DNA of 52,678 nucleotides from Paecilomyces variotii (Eukaryota): NCBI GenBank assembly GCA_004022145.1, contig RCNU01000012.1; one strand, 5' to 3'. Shown piece by piece: positions 49,201 to 52,678 of this stretch (position 1 is its first letter; each line of letters starts with the position of its first letter). The notes under the pieces were generated by a model. It saw only the letters and a program-made list of their open reading frames with translations, ran no database searches and was not told where the DNA came from. The position numbers and the translations under genes were made by a program.

Positions 49201-52122
49201 ATTAAGATAATCTTATAGAGTATTATTAATAAATTATTAGAATATTACTAGTGCTTTTATTAAGCTAAATAGTATTATTAGTAATTTAAATAAGCTAAGT
49301 TAAGTATAAAAGGCAGTTAGATATTTTTATTCTTTTTTAATATAAAGGTTATTAAATATAGAAATAATATTAATCTTTATAAAGTATTTTATTCTTTTTA
49401 AATTATTTAAGGTCTTCTTAATTAGAGATAGAGAATATTAGTCTTTAATAATTATTATATTTAGGGCTTAATAATCTATATAGATCTATATCCCTTTACT
49501 AAGCTTTTTAATAAATAGAATTAGAGATATAGCGGGTAATAAATTTAAATAAATAAATCCCTTTCTTAGATTTTTATTAATTTATTCTTTTAAAATCTTT
49601 AATTTATTTTAAGATATAATATATAAGGGTTTAAAAGAGAATAACTTCCCCTTTAATAACTTAATATTATAATTATAAAAATAATATAATAATAGGCGCT
49701 TAGCCTCCTTAAAAAAAAAGATATTAATATAATTCTTAAACTCTTTAGGTAATAAATAGGTAAAATCTTCTTCCTAAATTTATTTAATCCTTAAAATAAT
49801 ATCTAAATCCTTTAAGATAATTATAAATATTTAAATATTTCTTTAGATATAGGCAGAATAGGCGGCTAAAGAAATAAAGGCTATATTTCTCTTTTCTAGT
49901 CCTTTAAATCTTAGGGATAAGTATTAAGATAAAGCCTTTAAAAGAATATTATATAAGGCAGGTATTTTAGTTAGCTTTAAAGATATATTATAATTCTTTT
50001 AATAATAATTATTATTAAACGTAATACTATAGATAGCAAATTATAGATATAGATTATAGTATTTTAATTAGAGGAGTCTTAAAATAATAGGGTAATATAT
50101 TAGTTAAATAATATAGAACTTAGTATCTTTTTTAAAATAATCTTTAATTTTTATATTTATCTAGATATAATATATAATCTTTTTATCCTCTAATTCTCTT
50201 CTATTAAATATATATAAGATAATTAGATTTTTTAGGAGAATAGGCTCTAACTTTTAATCTTTAGCTTATTCTTAGTCTATAAATTCTTATCCTTTAGCTT
50301 TAATATTAAACAAGATATAAGTTAATAAATAAATCTTCTTCTTCTTTTTTTTTAATATTATAAGTAATATTATTAATTTTAATTATTATAGGTATTCTTT
50401 AAGATTAATTCTATAAACAGTAGTAGAGATTTAAATAATATATAGTTCTTAAGCCTAGCTATAATTTATTTTAGGCTTATTCTTTTTATTAAAGACTAGC
50501 TAAGGAATAGACTATATAAGTCTAAGAACTAAATTATCTAAAGAGTCTAAAGATAAGATTTATATATAGCTATAATCTAGATCTTTTAATAATTATCTAG
50601 GTATAAGCAGTTTTTAATATAATATTCTAAAGAGCTATAATAGAAGCAGGCGCTAGTTTTATAATATAATAAGCTATATTTTCTCCCGCCCGAGTATTTA
50701 GAAATACTTAAATTTATTAAGTTATATAGCTATATTAGGGCTAATTTACTCTTTTATATAGGGCTTTTCTAGGGCTAATTATTATATCTTATAATTAAGG
50801 TAAGACTTAGAGTAAGTAAGAGAGATTAAATATACTAAATAAGTTTTAAAATAATAATATAAATCTTTATAATAAAGGGCTAATTTATAATATATTAATA
50901 GTAATAATTCTTAAAGTCTTATAAGAATTTAGTAAATTAATAATATTTATAACTTAAGGGCTAATTATATAATAATATTCTTTAAAATTCTTAACTAATA
51001 GCTTGCTTAAATAGGGTAAATAATATTCCTTTAAATATTTCTCTCTTTAGCATTAGGTGCTAGAACTTAGTAAAAAAAATTTTAAATTCTTTATTAATTT
51101 AATAAAGATTAAATAATTTGCTATATATATTATTTATATAATTAAGATTATTAAATATATGCTTTAAGATATTTAGAATCTCTTAATAGTTATTAAGAAT
51201 ATAAGTCCTATCTCTAATATATAGCAATATTTAAGTATAAGGCATATTTTTTAAGTAATTAGTTATATAAGCTATATAGCTCTAGAAGGTTAAGAATTAG
51301 TCTTAATTAATTATTATCTTCCCCTAAATTTAAGCTATAAAGCGCTAAAGGTCCTTTTAGTTGCCTTTAAACTTATTAAGATTAAGAAGTCTCTCTAAAA
51401 ATTTAAAGGCAAAAAAAGATATAATAATAAATATCTCAGATATTTTTATTAAAGTAGCTATAGGCCTCTTAATATTAGACTTAGATTTAAATATAAATAG
51501 AGATATATTTATAGTGGGTATAATTATATAATAGGCCTAATCTCTCTTAAAAATAGCCTAAATATAGTGCTATTCTTTTTCTTAGAGCTAGGTTTTTTAA
51601 TATTATTAAATAGCCTTAAATTTAATAATTTCTTATTTAAGTCTCTATTAAACAGTAGCAAATTTTTATTAAAGCTCTTAAAAATATATCTTAGCCTAAT
51701 AATTTATCTTATTTATAGTAGTCTTAGCTTTATTAATATATTTATATACTAGGCAATAATAATTATATTATTCTAGCCTATAGCTAGTAGTAATATACTT
51801 AATAAACTCTCCTAAAATTATTAGCAGGAATAAAAAAATTAGAGTAAATATTATTAATAATATTAACTCCTAGATAAAAGCTATATAATATTAAGATATA
51901 GGCTTAGGGAGTAGATTAGAATAAATAGAATAAAATAGTTAATATTAGGATTAGCTATAAGATCTCTATCTAGCTAATTTAGACTAAAATAGGCTATTAT
52001 AGGCAGGCTTAGTAAATAAAATATAGCTTAAAAAGCTTAAATTTAGATTAAGCTATATGCTAAAGATATCTTTATAAGATTATATAACTTCTTATATAAT
52101 CCCCTATACTAGTATTATAATA
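46224..52122 (-). mobile_element. Ty3/gypsy retrotransposon Y, copy 2 (5.9 kb), inserted in the copia element
   Basis: Collinear with 25519-31422 along its full length. 234-bp LTRs at 46224-46457 and 51889-52122, TSD TATAA on both sides, PPT complement CTCCCCTTTTT at ~46461. Confidence 0.93.
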
Positions 52123-52678
52123 TATAAACTTTATTAAGTATATAAAGCTATCTTTTAGAATTAATAGCTTATAGAGCTAATAAATTTAGCTTCTTATTAA
52201 TATAAGCTTTATATAAGATAATCTTTCTACCCTATACTAATAAGAGGTTTTTTAAATAAACTACTTCTTTTATAACTTTATTCTATAAGTCTTATAATAG
52301 TTAGGTTTTATATAAAATTATATATACTTATAAAAGAATTATTAAGCTAACTTATTTAATAATATTATTTTAACTATAATAATAAGATATTAATTACTCC
52401 TATATAATGCTATATTTCTTAGCCTAAGTCTTTATATTTTAATTAAGTTATTTAGTGCTATAGTTAGATTTAATATAAGCAATGCAGTATTAATATATTT
52501 TAGTTATTTATATAAAGTCCTTAATACCTTTCTTAACTATATCCTTATATTTAAAGAAATATATTTAAATATATCTACTAAAGTTATTAATATAAAATTA
52601 CTAATATTAATAGCCTATTATATATCTTAATAGCATATTCTTATAACCTTTATCTAAGTTAATATAGATCTACTTATA

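Larger units (their letters stand above)
21540..52678. other. AT-rich RIP-mutated transposon block (heterochromatin-like), continuing past the window end
   Basis: Abrupt loss of ORFs, strong TpA excess and CpA/TpG/CpG depletion. Repeat copies differ almost only by C>T and G>A transitions. Confidence 0.97.
21700..52678 (-). mobile_element. Outer Ty1/copia LTR retrotransposon relic, in three pieces (~21700-22469, 44757-46218, 52128->52678)
   Basis: De-RIP reading on the minus strand gives integrase SQNGVAER-like (~52350), RT FKARWVARGFTQIPGVDF..FAPT-like (~45520-45600) and YINN for YVDD (~45200), then RNase H KHIDVKHH-like (~22095) and QIADGFTKAL-like (~22010). IN-RT-RH order is copia. Polypurine tract at ~21831-21836. 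The left LTR boundary is approximate because the other LTR lies outside the window. Confidence 0.85.

Noticed and set aside
51567..51752. 61-aa hydrophobic ORF in the AT-rich block
   Set aside because: Chance ORF antisense to the RIP-mutated gag region of Y2. Its composition reflects AT-rich codons.
21540..52678. Mitochondrial insertion, contaminant or Starship/DNA transposon as the source of the AT-rich block
   Set aside because: Essentially the whole block is explained by LTR-retrotransposon relics with RIP transitions. No mitochondrial genes, tyrosine-recombinase captain, transposase or TIRs were seen.

Overview
Filamentous-ascomycete DNA, probably Aspergillus. The pepsin-like gene matches my recollection of the A. 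niger pepAa type, which points to section Nigri (inference). The window has two sharply different halves. Bases 1 to ~21,400 are gene-rich, with short spliceosomal introns. They hold a tandem pair of tiny membrane-protein genes, a Cys-rich orphan, a GPI-anchored CFEM protein, an intronless 1655-aa orphan, a secreted A1 aspartic protease, a head-to-head pair of PD-(D/E)XK-like paralogues and a Zn2Cys6 transcription factor. Bases ~21,500-52,678 are an extremely AT-rich, RIP-destroyed nest of five LTR retrotransposons. An outer Ty1/copia element is interrupted by gypsy A (22475-44751) and by gypsy Y2 (46224-52122). Gypsy A is itself interrupted by gypsy Y1 (25519-31422) and gypsy Z (34349-41785). 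Each of the four gypsy insertions has paired LTRs and a 5-bp TSD. Best novelty candidates: (i) the tandem mini-genes, whose introns are 85-94% identical while the exon between them is ~39% identical; (ii) the divergent pair of an intact and a degenerate restriction-endonuclease-like gene; (iii) fossil zinc-cluster accessory ORFs in the 3' region of gypsy Z. Gene models and identity counts were made by hand and no database search was possible.
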